In this document: piece by piece, positions 50,265 through 62,976 of the stretch
Position numbering within the stretch: the first letter of the stretch is position 1
How the letters are laid out: each line of letters starts with the position of its first letter
Origin: Botryllus schlosseri
Taxonomy: Eukaryota
DNA: 64,000 nt
Assembly: GCA_051294905.1 (NCBI GenBank)
Contig: CM119371.1
Span: 30,196,001 to 30,260,000 of the forward strand
Direction of reading: 5' to 3'
Position numbers and translations under genes: made by a program
The notes under the pieces: generated by a model
The model's input: only the letters and a program-made list of their open reading frames with translations
Databases searched by the model: none
Told to the model about the DNA's origin: nothing

Positions 50265-52777
50265 TTTCAATAAAATTCAATAATCCTCACTTCATTGCAC
50301 GGACAAACTCTGACTACACTAGGTCCAACTCGAACCATGCATAGTCAAGAAATTCCAATGTAAAAAAGGAACACTATACACTGTGATGAAAAGCAATGGC
50401 GTAACAAGGGAAAAGGTAAGAAAATCTCTTGATCAAACTAATTTCATTTCCCATGCATTTAATTATTCATGCTAAGGACCGTATATCTGAGTAGAGAATA
50501 CGAAAACTGATCGAAGCATGCAGATTAACTCACTATTCTATAAGGTGGTCAGACGTGACTGAACCTAGGCAAACCTGCATTTCAGATTGTGATATGTATA
50601 GCAAGCTAAAAAGCAATCCAAAAATCATTGATCACCAGAATATAGTTATATATTGAAACCAGTATACATGAGATATTAAAATCAATATATAGGCTATAAA
50701 TCCGATTCCTGAATGATTGAATTATATATGGATTAAGATATACTGACAGCCCAAACACAAGCATAAATTTGAATGATCGAATGATACAATTGAATCATAT
50801 GTGAATACAGGGTTGACAAGTATATAAAGCTTCGAATTCCGAAAGGACTAAAACATTGCTATGTAAATGTTCATCATTTTTAGTGGCTACTGATAATAGA
50901 CATTGGCCTATATGTCAGCCTACAGATTACAGGAATCGGTATATGCAATAAGAGGAATAAGTCGTATCATTTTTATCAAAAGGAGACCTTACACAAAATG
51001 CCAGAATTCCGTTACTGTAAACATAGTTTGTTCAGTTGGGCCAGACATAGCAATTTAGATCATGTCTACACTCTACCACCAAAGCACCAAACAGAACGTT
51101 GGGTTGAAGGTGGGAAACAATAGAAGTTTCATTGTAATAGAAAAGTTTAAGCCTCATTTTTGGCCTATTGTACTTTTGCAAATAAATACTGAATCTGATC
51201 CGTGTTTCTTCGGTTACCGATATGGTTCATAACTTGCGCAATCTGTTTATAGACATTTTTGGCAGACAAATGGTTAGGGTTACATGTTGCTTGGTTAAAA
51301 TGAGGGTTAGTCTGTTACTTGGAGTCAAGATTAGGGAAAGGTTAGCTCTGATTAGTTCACGTTAGTTCTGTAAACGGTTAGCTAAGGACACTAAGGTTCG
51401 GTTCAAGTTAGCTTAGCTATGATTTCATTTTATGGCCGGGGGTTTTGTTGACTACGCTAACGTATGTCTGTTCTCATAAACTCTAAACATCTATCGGGAT
51501 CCTGGCCCAAGCTACAGAACCAACCCAATCCTAACCGCTAACCTTAACCATGTAGGCTAATCTCCGATGTGTGCAATCGGCAGAACGGGCGTTCTAATAT
51601 TACTGGATCATTCTTGCAAGCCGTCAATCGCCTTTCCGACTACCATTGTGACTCAAGGCTCTCAGGAGTCTTGCAACTGCTGTAAGCCTGCAACCCAATT
51701 ACCCAACGGCCAACGGCTCCAATATTGCAATTGGATGCCTATTTTTGCAATCAGTTCACTACGACGGAGTTTATTCGGTACAACTGCTTTATTCAGCCTG
51801 TTTCAATGCTACTTGCATGGCAAGGTGGTGTCTGATTATTAGGCTGCACTGAAACTAGACTTAACTCCTTCCTATCTTCTCATATAACGTAGGGCTATTA
51901 TGTTGGCGACTTGGTATTTGCACTGTGTTTCGACCTGGTAACTTTTATTCAACTGTGTCGCGTGACTCTGGAAATTTGCCAATATTCGAAATTGGGAAAT
52001 TAGCAGGCGAAAACAGTCATAGAATTATAGCTAACGGCAGAACGCCGGCAAACAAATGCCGAATCATAATATTTAAGAAATGAATCAGAACTGTCACGGC
52101 GCTTGAACCATAAATAATATTAATTAATAAAACTTTGCTTGCACTGCGAGACTCCTAGCGGTTAAAGATGAACAGATCGCAGTTTATGGTGTCCGCATCG
52201 CGCATCACTCTACCTACGCAACACCCGGTGAGGATAATCTGCGGTTTTATTGTTTTTATCTGCTGAAGACGCATTGTAGGCTACAATGCGATGTCTGAAG
52301 AGATAGGAGGATGCCGAAACGACCAAGAACGGTCTCTCAATCTAATATTCACATCAGCCTAATGTCGGCGTGTAAAACAGATCGATCTTGATCTTTTCTG
52401 CTAACTATCTTTTCAGATAGTATTCCTGGCTCTGTTTTCATTCGATGCTTCCTTTGTCATCCATCGACAAACTTTTTTACAATCCTACACAGCTGCAAGC
52501 ACATACTGTATTCCACGATTATTTTGGTATTAATATTATTCAATATCCAAAAACGGAACTGAATTTTTGTGCAATAATCCGCGTCTCAGGCTCATAGCTG
52601 CAGGCAGTCAGTTTCATTAATATTTTCATCATTTCAACACACCACAAAACTGCGATACAATGAAAAGATAGGACGGTGTCGAAACAAATTGGAGTAGTCT
52701 TCAAGGCAGACACCCACCTTGGACTAGGAGGCGATCGAAGTAAAGAAAAAGGCATGCACTGCACACTGAATGAAAAG

Positions 52778-54031
52778 CAGCACCGTAACTGCCGCACCCC
52801 GACCCCCCCCCCCCCCCAATTCCCCTCCGAGGGGGCCAAGCTCGAAGGGGGCCCAAAATTATTACGTGAATTAGCATAAATCATAGAGTATTTTTTTGAA
52901 AATTTATGCAATTTTTTTTAATTTTTTTTCGCGCTGCCCGCGAATTCAAGCAGCCATTTTTCTATATTATTGGATATTGGACCATTACCGCGCCACGGCC
53001 CACCAAGACATACAATCAAGTTTTAGGCCATATAACATATGCGACCCCAAGAAGTGTGCCAGAACGATTGGCAGCGAGAAAAGCTTGGCCGAAAAGGTCT
53101 ATGCCCTTATGCAGACCGAAGACTTCGTTATATAGGCTATTCAAAATACATGTTTAATTGTCCATAGGCGCCTATAAATGACTGGCGCCGAATGTTCCTG
53201 TCTTTGCGATCTGAACCTCACAAGACAAATGCCATCCCGCTGGAAAAAAATTTATGTCAGTGAAGAAATAATAATTTCAAATCGTGTGCGTGTCTTAGTT
53301 TAGAAGCCTACGTTTGGGCGATTCTATATTTTTTGATATAGCAGACTGGAAGTCACGAAATAACATCATGTAACGAAGTCATATCAACGAGTCCGCCCGC
53401 CCGAAGATGTTTAATCATTACTTACGGGCCCTCCCGTTTTCAAGACACTTCACTCAGCTAGTCAGCTCTACCGGTAAATATAATTACGTGAGTAGATAGA
53501 ACAATAAATTGATAGCATAATATATATGCAATCGCCGATCTGATTGACCGATTTTATCATAAATTATCGAAAATTTTCGCGCTTCGCGCTGGCTCACAAT
53601 ACAGTAGGCCTACAGATAATTTCCTGACAAACGCGAACAACATGATGGAGGCCTGACGAGGTGCTGTTTCGTTCCTGCCAACGGGTGTTTAATTATTATT
53701 GAGTGGTCCTACCTTTTGAAAAAAACACTTCACTCAGCTCTACCGGCAAATCTGATTACGTGAGCAGAGAGAAGATAAAAATAGATAACAAATATGCAAT
53801 TCCCGATCATACTGACCGACGAAATCATGAATTCTAGAATTTTCCCGCGCTTCGCGCGCTTAAGCGACAAAAGCTGTTTCACTAAACAAACTCCCAATGA
53901 GGATTATGAATAGCGGCAAATGTTGTATCGTCGGAGGTGGGGCGAAGCCCCCCATAAGTTCGGTCTATAACCCTATGGGGGGCCCAAGACCAAAGTTTTG
54001 GGGGGGCTGACGAAGTGCTGTTACGGCCCTG
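52778..54031. mobile_element. Probable hAT-like non-autonomous element
   Basis: cagcaccgtaac ... gttacggccctg termini, GGGGCCC subterminal motifs, internal direct duplication (about 53445-53590 versus 53725-53857). Confidence 0.55.
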
Positions 54032-54192
54032 ATGAAAAGTAATGCAGAGAATATAAGACGCAAGCTTGTGTTGATATCGAATGGTTCGCATTATTATAAT
54101 ATAGGTCTACTAATTTTCCTCGTTAGCAGTTTCTGGTCGCATTTTCAAGTACCCAGTACCAATAGATAAAATCCCAATAGTTTGGTTATTCT

Positions 54193-54655
54193 TCATCATC
54201 ATCATCATCATTGGTTTATTAGCAATTTTATCATTTCAATACACCAACAAAAATGCATTAGGCCTACAATGAATAGACAGGAAGATGTCGAGGCGACTTG
54301 GATTTGTCTATGGAATCAGACACCCACCTTGGCCTGGGCGATTTAAAGAGGAGGCATGCACACTGAATGAAAGTAAAGAAGACGGTATAGAAAAAGAAGG
54401 CGACAAGAATAGGGCGGCATGTCATGGGAAGCGAGATCGATAGGTAAGTCGTGGTCCGGTAATCTTGAGAATGGACTGTGGGCGTATTTATTTAATAGTA
54501 ATTGCTTGTATTTCTACTTGAATGTGGACATGCTCGTCGACTGTCGGATGGCCGGCGGGATACTGTTCCACACATCAGGTCCGGCATATTTTATAGAGCG
54601 ATGATCTTTTCGGTCGATCATATGATATTTGGACGACGTGGACGCGCGTGTGTTG
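54193..54655 (-). mobile_element. L2/Crack/CR1-type LINE 3' end
   Basis: Translation NTRAS...RSIKYAGPDVWNSIPPAIR...FK*KYK; 3' UTR with AATAAA followed by a (TGA)n tail. Confidence 0.8.
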
Positions 54656-54657
54656 TA

Positions 54658-55618
54658 GGGGATATGTGGTACCGATGGATCAAAAATTGGAGAATGATCG
54701 CTGGCCCCAAAATGTTAAGCCGAAAACAGCAGATTTTTTGCTGGCTCAGCACTTTGATACAAGCTCTACCTATCGCGCACATATACATGAATATCCGTCT
54801 TTTCAAAAAATATTTATGGACGTTTAAAATTTGTTGCTCGAACGTGTCATCGGTCCCCACCCGGTGGGTCCAATGGCACACGACCCGGGGACCTATGACA
54901 CATATACCCTAAAAAACTCAGATGTAACAACTTTTCTAGCTCAGTATTATAATCTAAGCTACAGCAAGCCGAAGAAGAATTTTCGGTCGCAACCGTCAAA
55001 TAATAGATTAAATATTGACTCAAATGTTGTCATAGAATCACGTTTCGATTTAGGCTCGGACTTATAAATTTGAGGGTATATACATATTGCCCGAAAATCG
55101 ACAGTGTGACTTTCAAAGACCTCGTTATAGCGATAAAACATCATATGCAATTATTACATAAAGATTTTCTGTACGTAGTCATGTTTCATTTGTTTCATGA
55201 TTAGTAGGCTTGTTTATTTTGCTTGATTTGGCTATTGTATCATCGGTCCCCACCCTACTAATTTTGTAAATGAATCGAAAAAAATTCCACTCAAATAAAG
55301 TACTTAAAAAAATAATAGGTTCCATTATATAGCCTGATACAAGCCCTAGACTTCACAATAAAAATGATTGCTGGTTTGTTCGCGTTGAAGGTTACAAAGA
55401 AAAATGTATATGTCGATATAAATTTAGTTTACACCCCCCAAAACAAAAAACATCTGTGAGAGACCCATAGTTCGTGCACGTCGAATTTTTTTGTATGTGA
55501 GAAAAGATGTTGCCAGCATGCAATTGTAGACAAGTTCACGGAGTGTAATCATGGAATTATCATAGAGAATTTTCAAAGTAGTTTCGGTCCCATTGATCCA
55601 TCGGTACCACATCTCCCC
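54658..55618. mobile_element. Tc1/mariner-pogo-like MITE
   Basis: TIR GGGGA(T/G)ATGTGGTACCGATGGATCAA; TA flanks. Confidence 0.9.
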
Positions 55619-55620
55619 TA

Positions 55621-57011
55621 GGGGAGACCGGGGACAAATGTAACTAGGGGCAAATGTAACAATCGACCTCACCGCTAGTAGGATGGAGAAATCAGCTTGA
55701 TATTTTAAGTGCGCATGCAGTAGTTATCTCTCCTATTATACCTGGAGTTACGTTGAGCTACGATGCGAAACCCCGGAATAATTTGCAAAAAACGAAATTT
55801 TTGACTCTTGAGTAAAGTTTTTCTGGTCTGGAATAATTTGTCTGGACGAATAGTAGCCTACCTCAAGTAGTTACAACGTAATATGTGTAGCTGGAACAAT
55901 GTTACTATAGTCTACCGTGGTGATGGAAAGAATAGGACTTGCATCGCCGGGAAGGTACCATACTGAGACACTAATCATGGTGGAGCGTGTCAGGGGCAAT
56001 CGTAACACTCTGTTACTTTTGCCCCGTTACAATATGTTATCAATTCTGAATGTCTTTGTTCATATGTTGGTATATATTACCATTCATCTACTGCAGAATA
56101 ATCTTGCAACAGCCAGAAGTTCACCAGAACAGATACTGCCTTGCGATACCAATTCTAACATGATCATGATCATCTGTCGAAACTGCCATACAATAGTGGT
56201 GATGTGAATCTGACGGTTCGGTTATTTTCGTGATTCAACCACCCTTTCTCATGTTGATCGACTTTTGGTGTGTCGAACTTCAATAGTCATGTCTTAATTC
56301 TTGTCCTCTGACTTTGATCATGGCCCACTTACATTTTGATATTTGATCTGAACAATTTATGTTAATTTTCTACAGCACTGATAAATGTCATTATAACTTT
56401 GACGCCACACAATGTTGCGTCCTCGATTTACTATACTATCATCGGCCCATTCAACCAAGATATGTTAGCCAGGTCGGTTTCGCACCTTCGCAGGTGACCG
56501 AATGACCAACCCATTATGCCCGCTGAACAACAGAACCTTCGTAGAAGAGGCCGAATATGTGTAGGGAGATGATGGAATGAATGTGTCTCTTGTACACTTT
56601 AAGCTTGAACAAGACACGAAGGGTGATATTGCATTCAGATGCCATAAATGCGATGGGGCGTAGCCTGGAAGCTTTCAAACGTCTCTTCCTTTAGTTTCAT
56701 GCAATATTACAATTTGTGCTTCCGTTTTCGTTGTTCATTCAGTTTGTGTTTAGTTATAAATAACACTGTTACAATTGCCCCGCAAGGGTGGTACAATTGC
56801 CCCTGGGTACGGGGCGATTGTAACATTTGAGCAGCGACTTTTGCGACCCAAAATTTCCATGATTGATTGTTGATTGAGTTCCAATTTCGTTTTCATATCA
56901 ACTATCGAGTTGTTGGCTTCTTTATATAACACTTTGGAAGTGAAATTTCCACGAGAAGAACACGTAATGTTGGAAAATACGAAAAGTGTTACAATTGTCC
57001 CCGGTCTCCCC
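55621..57011. mobile_element. Tc1/mariner-pogo-like MITE
   Basis: TIR GGGGAGACCGGGGACAA(A/T)TGTAAC; TA flanks. Confidence 0.9.
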
Positions 57012-57013
57012 TA

Positions 57014-57124
57014 CTTGTGCGCTTTTGATTCGGAGGTAAAGAAGTCATTGAAATATTCCGGGCAACGACCGCAGTGGAACTGATACATAAACTTGGCGAT
57101 TTCTAGTTTCCGCATATCTTCTAT
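57014..57124 (-). mobile_element. Middle fragment of the L2/Crack-type LINE
   Basis: Translation IEDMRKLEIAKFMYQFH...PEYFNDFF...AHK joins in frame to YNTR at 54655. Confidence 0.8.
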
Positions 57125-57815
57125 GTGGCGCTCCGTGCCACCTCCTCCCAGATGAGAAATCAGCATGACTCTAGTGTCGCAGCCAGCAGGTCAACTGGCA
57201 CGCCTTCGCCCGATCTCTCCCGAATCGTCAAATGTAGCAAATGTGGCAATGTCATGAAGAAGTATAAATTCTTGCATGGGAAGTTTGGTAAGCCGAGGTT
57301 GCGCGACTTTAAACAATGTCTAGCCTGCTGGACCATTGATCTTTTGGTCTCCCCCCCGGCAAGCCGATTATGCCCAGTTCAATAACCAGCGTCCAAAAAT
57401 ATCACCAAAGAAGATAAAGGCGATATCGGACACTGGTGCACAATCATCCTTGATGGGATTGAAACTGTTTCGAGCATGCGGCTTCAAAGACCAGCATCTC
57501 ATCCCGGTGAAGAAACGCATGGTTGCAGCTAATGATGAGTGTATCCACATCCTGGGCGCTGTGTTTCTGCAACTTTCGGGTGCAGCAGTTTCTGGCGATG
57601 TCATAGAAACCGCTGAGATGGTATACATTACGGATGCTACGAAACTATTCTACTTTAGTTGAGATGCCATGCAGAAGTTGGGCATCATTGGGCCCGATTT
57701 TCCTCAAATTGGGGCAGCGGCACACCACGCGACACGAGAGTCAACCCTTGAGGGTAACACGCATCAAACATGTAGCTGCCCACGGAGGTCCACGCCTCCT
57801 CCACGCCCTCGGCAA
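57125..57815 (+). mobile_element. Ty3/gypsy LTR-retrotransposon gag-protease remnant
   Basis: Aspartic protease motif AISDTGAQSS, then AAN..I.ILGA.F, LGII..DFP and CSCPRR..PPP; contains a stop and a frameshift. Confidence 0.8.
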
Positions 57816-58049
57816 CTGGCCAGCGATATTCCATGTTTGTGTTGTTGTTATTCACACATATACAGTGGCGCTTATTGCCTATAAGGTCCTTTGCCTTTGT
57901 AATGTTTTGGACGACTTCCATTCTCGCTCTCTTCCATGATCGGTCACGCTCGTTTTTCGTGCGCCCATATCTTGCACTGTGCTGCCGACTTTCGGCTCGG
58001 CTCACCTTCACTCTGCTCTGGGCATTGGAAACACTGCTACTGCAGTGAT

Positions 58050-58175
58050 GTCAGCGATGAGGCGCCCAGAGAAACCTCCGACTGAGTCCGACACATAGTA
58101 CTTGGGACGAACCGGGATTCGAACCACTGCCATTGGTGTCGTGACGCTGGTGTTTAACCAACTCGCTTCCCCACC
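58050..58175 (-). mobile_element. tRNA-derived SINE head
   Basis: Minus strand has an A-box-like AAGCGAGTTGG and B-box GGTTCGAATCC; no cloverleaf acceptor stem. Confidence 0.7.
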
Positions 58176-58304
58176 CACGTCTTATTGTGAGTTGTTGGAG
58201 CAATAGCGATTAGGCTAGTGGCTAGTCGGTGCAACTGTTCTTTTGTATTTCAGTTTGATCATTTATTACGGTATTTAACCTATGAATAAATGCGAGGTTG
58301 CACA

Positions 58305-59030
58305 TTTAGGACGCCGAATCTCTTCAGCAGCGACTTGTTTGATGGGCAACCAGGCCCCTTTGTGACCCTAGCTATGATTCGGAGTACTTTATGCTGTAGT
58401 TTTGCAGTGGCTTGAGTGCAATTTTACTGGCAGCCCCCAAACAAAGGATGCCATAATCTAACTTCGATTGGATTAAGGATTTAAAGAGTATCAGAAGAAC
58501 CCATGCTGGCATGAAGCGCCTATAAGGCTGTAGAACAGGCCGCACTTCGGTGATGATTTAGTGTCTAGGGACTGAATATGACTCTTCCAGGACATGTTCG
58601 AGTCCATTAAAACCCCGACATATTTGGCATTATCTGTGTTGGAAACGGGCTGACCAGCGATATTAACGGTTAGGTTATTTTTTGAATTTACTGTCTGCAA
58701 TTGGGATTTCGAAGCGTTTATGCAAAGGTTGTTCTGGGCCGTTCACTCATGGACTTTGGGCATTTGGTCACTAGTCAGGGCATCCAGCTCTGCCGTCGAA
58801 GATGCGGAAGAAAGGAGGTGAGTATCATCAGCGAACAGTGGTGTTCAATGAGGAGGCTTCAAAAATGTCGTTGACATGTAGGGTGAAGAGGACCGGTCCA
58901 AGTACTGAGCCTTGGGGTACACCACAGGTCACCAGCTGAGGAGAGGACAAGGTGTTTGAGATCGCAACCATTTGTTGGCGTCCAGTGAGGTAACTTTTCA
59001 TAAGCTCAAGCTGTGGGCCCCGAAGTCCGC
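58305..59030 (-). mobile_element. L2/Crack/CR1-type LINE reverse transcriptase remnant
   Basis: SYLTGRQQMV..CGVPQGSVLGPVLF..VND, frameshift, FADDT; KYVGVLMDSNMSWKSHI; LDYGIL; multiple frameshifts. Confidence 0.9.
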
Positions 59031-60059
59031 AAGGCGCGAAATTACAATGAAATGTCGGTCTTGGCCGTCGGAGTCTCGAGGCATATATGACTTGGTTCGA
59101 GTCATGCGAAATGAATCGAGTCAAAGTCGAGTCAACACACAGATTGACTCGAGTTGAGTCGAGTCATTTCCGTATTTTGATAAAATGACTCGAGTCAAGT
59201 CAAGTCATCGGAAAACCGTGACTCGAGTCGGACTCGAGTCATTACAACCCTGCGAGTTTCTCTCTTACTTTGATCTGGTACCTGTGATCGATAAGCCTAC
59301 TAATATCATTTTAGTAGAGACAATCCTTCCTACACCGTATACGACAGGGATCGGGAACCTTTTTCGATCGAAGACTCTACGAAGAGCCATATTGGCCCAA
59401 TATTTTCAATTGTGGCTCCCAAAGAGCCATATATGTCAGTCAGCTGTTACGTCACAATTGAAAATTCGTGACGTAATGTTAGCACTGATATATGGGATTC
59501 GTAGTGTGCACAATATTTTTGTGCCCGCATGTGTAGGTGGAGTCAAACATGGTCACTATAGCAGCACATACTTCTACTTTTTAGAAGTATTCAAGTAGTT
59601 TTCCTCTACTTCTGGTACTTACTCAAGTAGATCTGATTTTCGCTACTTCTACTTCGTAATATTTTGTGATTTACTTACTTACTTTTCGCTATTTTCAGTT
59701 CGTCAAGTAGAAGTAGTTCAATCCTCCAATCAGGAAGATAGCCTGAGGAATTTCGAGGCTGTTTTCACGGAGTATCAATATTTAATTTTCATAAAAGTTT
59801 AGTAAAGCCAAGAATTTTCGTCGCGCTTCGCGCGCAGTGCTTGATACGGAGTGACCGGTATGATTTCACGAAAGTATCGGTGAATATAATTTAGGTAGAG
59901 GGCTGGCGTGGTTCCGTTCACACCACATTGTCGCCCTTCGTCCATATCAAATAATTTATCACAGTATATATGGCTCATCATAACGTTTGAAACTGATGTT
60001 TGGCAATCTAGCATTTACTTGTCATATCGTCCTGGATGTCTGCTACAGACAATTTTTGC

Positions 60060-60478
60060 GAAAAATGGTACATGGAGCTAGGCTACACTCGAAGGGGAAA
60101 CGATCACGCATTCAAAATCAGCAATCAGAATCTTCATAGAATCTGTCGCACTGAAGACCTCTCATCATTCATAGATCACCAACAAGCTAAATTTCTTGCA
60201 CACATAATTCGAAAACCTTATGACAGTGTCGTGACGTCAATAACGTTTGAAGATGAAAGGAGAAAGAAAAAAGGAAGACCCTCTGCAACGCTGATGAACA
60301 ATGTCCTCAATCGGAACGACACCGACATCAGGACATTTTCAAAAGCAGCACTTTCACGGGAAATTTAATTTATAATTCAAATCTTTGATGCTCTCTTTTT
60401 TGATGGATACTTCCATCACCTCGGTGATGGTGCTCTAAGTCTGAACGCAGACAGAGCTAGACCTATATATATATATAA
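60060..60478 (+). mobile_element. RTE-like LINE 3' end
   Basis: ORF end ISNQNLHRIC..QAKFLAHIIRK..KKKGRP; hairpin-rich 3' UTR (CCATCACC-TC-GGTGATGG); (TA)n tail. Confidence 0.7.
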
Positions 60479-61327
60479 TCTAGCATGTCCATGACGTGTC
60501 CAAATCTGGAAAAGTGGCTTTTTTTTAGTTTTAGAGCTGTTTTAGCAAACTACCTTTGAAACTTTCTGGACTAAAAACATGAAATACATGTTCCGCTTTT
60601 ATAAGTAGTATTTATATTTCACTTTCAATTCCCAGTATCATATACTTTGAGCTATAATTATTATCAGCTCTTTTGTCTGGATAACATACATGTTGAAGCA
60701 TAAAAGCAAGTGCAATAATGCCTTTAATTACTGGAAATAAAGCTACACAATATGGCATTTTTACGGTTCACCGTATTTTTTATTAACGTTTACTAATCGC
60801 GCATAATGTTTACACCGTATCCTACACAACTTCTCCGTATTGCTCTTCGACTAAACTACGGGCCTTATAATATGGGGAATGGGGCCGTACCATGCTATTT
60901 TCTAAAACGTGCTGTTCGAGAAAACAGAGGATTAGCATCGCATTTCCATATCAATACTATCATTTTCATCCCATGATGTGGACGAATACTTATGCTATCA
61001 AAAATTGGATACCTGCTGGTATGCATCAATATGAATCAAGCTTGTCACCTATCGCATAGCTCAATTTGCACCTTTTTACAATCCATGTGAACGAATTAGG
61101 ATCGTTTTCATAACTACTTACTTACTTGAGTACTTTTAAAGTCGGTCAATTCTACTTCTACTTCAAGTAGTTTTCGGTTGCTTATGGAGGAAGTATTTCT
61201 ACTCGTACTTGAGTAGATATTTTCGTCGCTACTTCTACTTCTACTTGAGTGGATTTCTTGACTACTTTGACCACCTCTGCTACTCACCCACTGCAGCGTG
61301 TGATACGTCAGTGACGTGGGGTTAGGG

Positions 61328-61360
61328 CAGGGATATATAGAACTCCTCTATATATCCCTG
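61328..61360. mobile_element. 33-bp micro-MITE (perfect hairpin)
   Basis: CAGGGATATATAGA-actcc-TCTATATATCCCTG flanked by 8-bp direct repeats GGTTAGGG. Confidence 0.8.
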
Positions 61361-62819
61361 GGTTAGGGGAGGCAAGTGAGGCACTGTCTTACATCAGGGA
61401 TGAGTGAAGTAAAATTGTGAAACCTCAATGATGTTTATGAACGACTAGATTTTGAACAATTTTATTTCCAAAATCACGGAATTTTCATAATTCTTGTTCA
61501 AAAATAAAGCGCGAAAGGAGAGGTAAGGCACAGATGGGCCAAGCCTCACCTGTGATAGCGCAACTCATTGTAAATAGTTTAGAATTTACAATCACAAATA
61601 TTAATCAAAAGTAATTGTCATGCTGATACCGAAAATCTAAATATTGATCGACGTGACCGACACCTACATTTTACGGCGGCGCTAGAAAGCTATCACTTAG
61701 CAATAATAAGGAACATGGTTATCTATGACGTTGTCTTTAATTTCAATTTGTAATTGTGAATATCACTTCGATGGCAGTTTACTTCTTGGCGTATATCACG
61801 AAGACAATGTGTTTCTGAAAACTGCATTGTCCTATAAGCGTCGCCATGTCTGCTATCCTCTTTGATCAATCAAGGTATGATGCAATCCAAGATTTCGAGA
61901 CGCGCGTTGGCGGGTAGATCAAATTAGCGAGTGGTGTTATTAGTCGCCGGCGCGACAGCAACTTAAATTTGGGGATTTTGAAAAGGGGGTACGAGCCTCT
62001 AACCCAGCATATCCCACTGTCTTGACCTCTCAAATACATGTTTATGCTGCCACGAGAATAATTATCCTGGCAGCCATGAAAATTTACGAACAAGTTGATG
62101 AAATATTGATAAATTAAGTACAAAATTGAACATTTGTCAAGGAGCCATATCTTATACCCAAAAGAGCCATAGGTTCCCGACCACTGCTATACGGTATAGC
62201 AAGATTTGGTTTCAAACCCATGTCCGGTGCTCCAAATAATCATGCGAATTCTTCAGAAAATTTGTTGACCGGTTTATATTTACCAATCACAAGTCAGAAA
62301 GGATGTGGCAGATGACAACCTGACTGGATTCTCGCCAACTTCTGCATTAACAATAAAATCGAGGATTTTGTCATAATTTCATACTCGTGCGATTAGTAAT
62401 ATTTTATACTCCGAAAAAGTATCGAAAATGCATCGCGATCTTGATAATTTTTTGAAAAGTAAAGGGGACTCGGACTGTTTAGCTTGCATAATTGAAAACT
62501 ACCGATACCCTGACGGCACAACGGGTTCATCTACTCAGCAGAGCCTGGTATGAAAACACTGCTGATGAAGATATAGCCTAGTTATTGCACCATAAGCCGT
62601 GACTTATGGCCTGGAATCATGGAATTTGCATGTTCTAGTGTGGATAGCACACAAGCCAGGCTACAACCATTCGTGGTCAAATGAGCACATAGGAAGGAAT
62701 GAAATGAGGTTTTTAACTATTTGTGGTATTCATGGTGTTGTCGACTACTATGGTAATTTACACCAGACTGATATTCTTCAGTTTTCGGCTTATAGTAAGA
62801 CTAAAAGACTTCTAGGCTT

Positions 62820-62976
62820 TTCGTAGGACACCGCTTACGCGGATAAGATGGCGAGGTGGCCTATATAAACCTCCAACACGTAGGTAATGAAATTCTGAAG
62901 CCGACCTCGGTCGGACTCGAAACCGCAACCCATTGGCGTTGCAGCCGCGGTTTATACCACTGCTCTATCTCGCCAC
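62820..62976 (-). mobile_element. tRNA-derived SINE
   Basis: A-box TAGAGCAGTGG and B-box-like GGTTTCGAGTCC; body motif gacaccgcttacgcggat recurs at about 63835. Confidence 0.65.

Larger units (their letters stand above)
59345..62186. mobile_element. hAT/Charlie-like element with nested insertions
   Basis: cagggatcgggaacct ... aggttcccgaccactg; aagagccat subterminal motifs at both ends; flanks gtatacga/ctatacgg. Confidence 0.7.

Noticed and set aside
52168..52233. Possible first exon of a divergent plus-strand gene (MNRSQFMVSASRITLPTQHP then GTGAGG)
   Set aside because: No recognisable homology and no compatible downstream exon found
52290..52340. CTGAAGA...GAAA hammerhead-like string
   Set aside because: No stem I pairing and stem III is out of register; likely chance
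58050..62976. tRNA genes near 58100-58175 and 62900-62976
   Set aside because: A and B boxes are present, but there is no acceptor stem or cloverleaf; better explained as SINE heads
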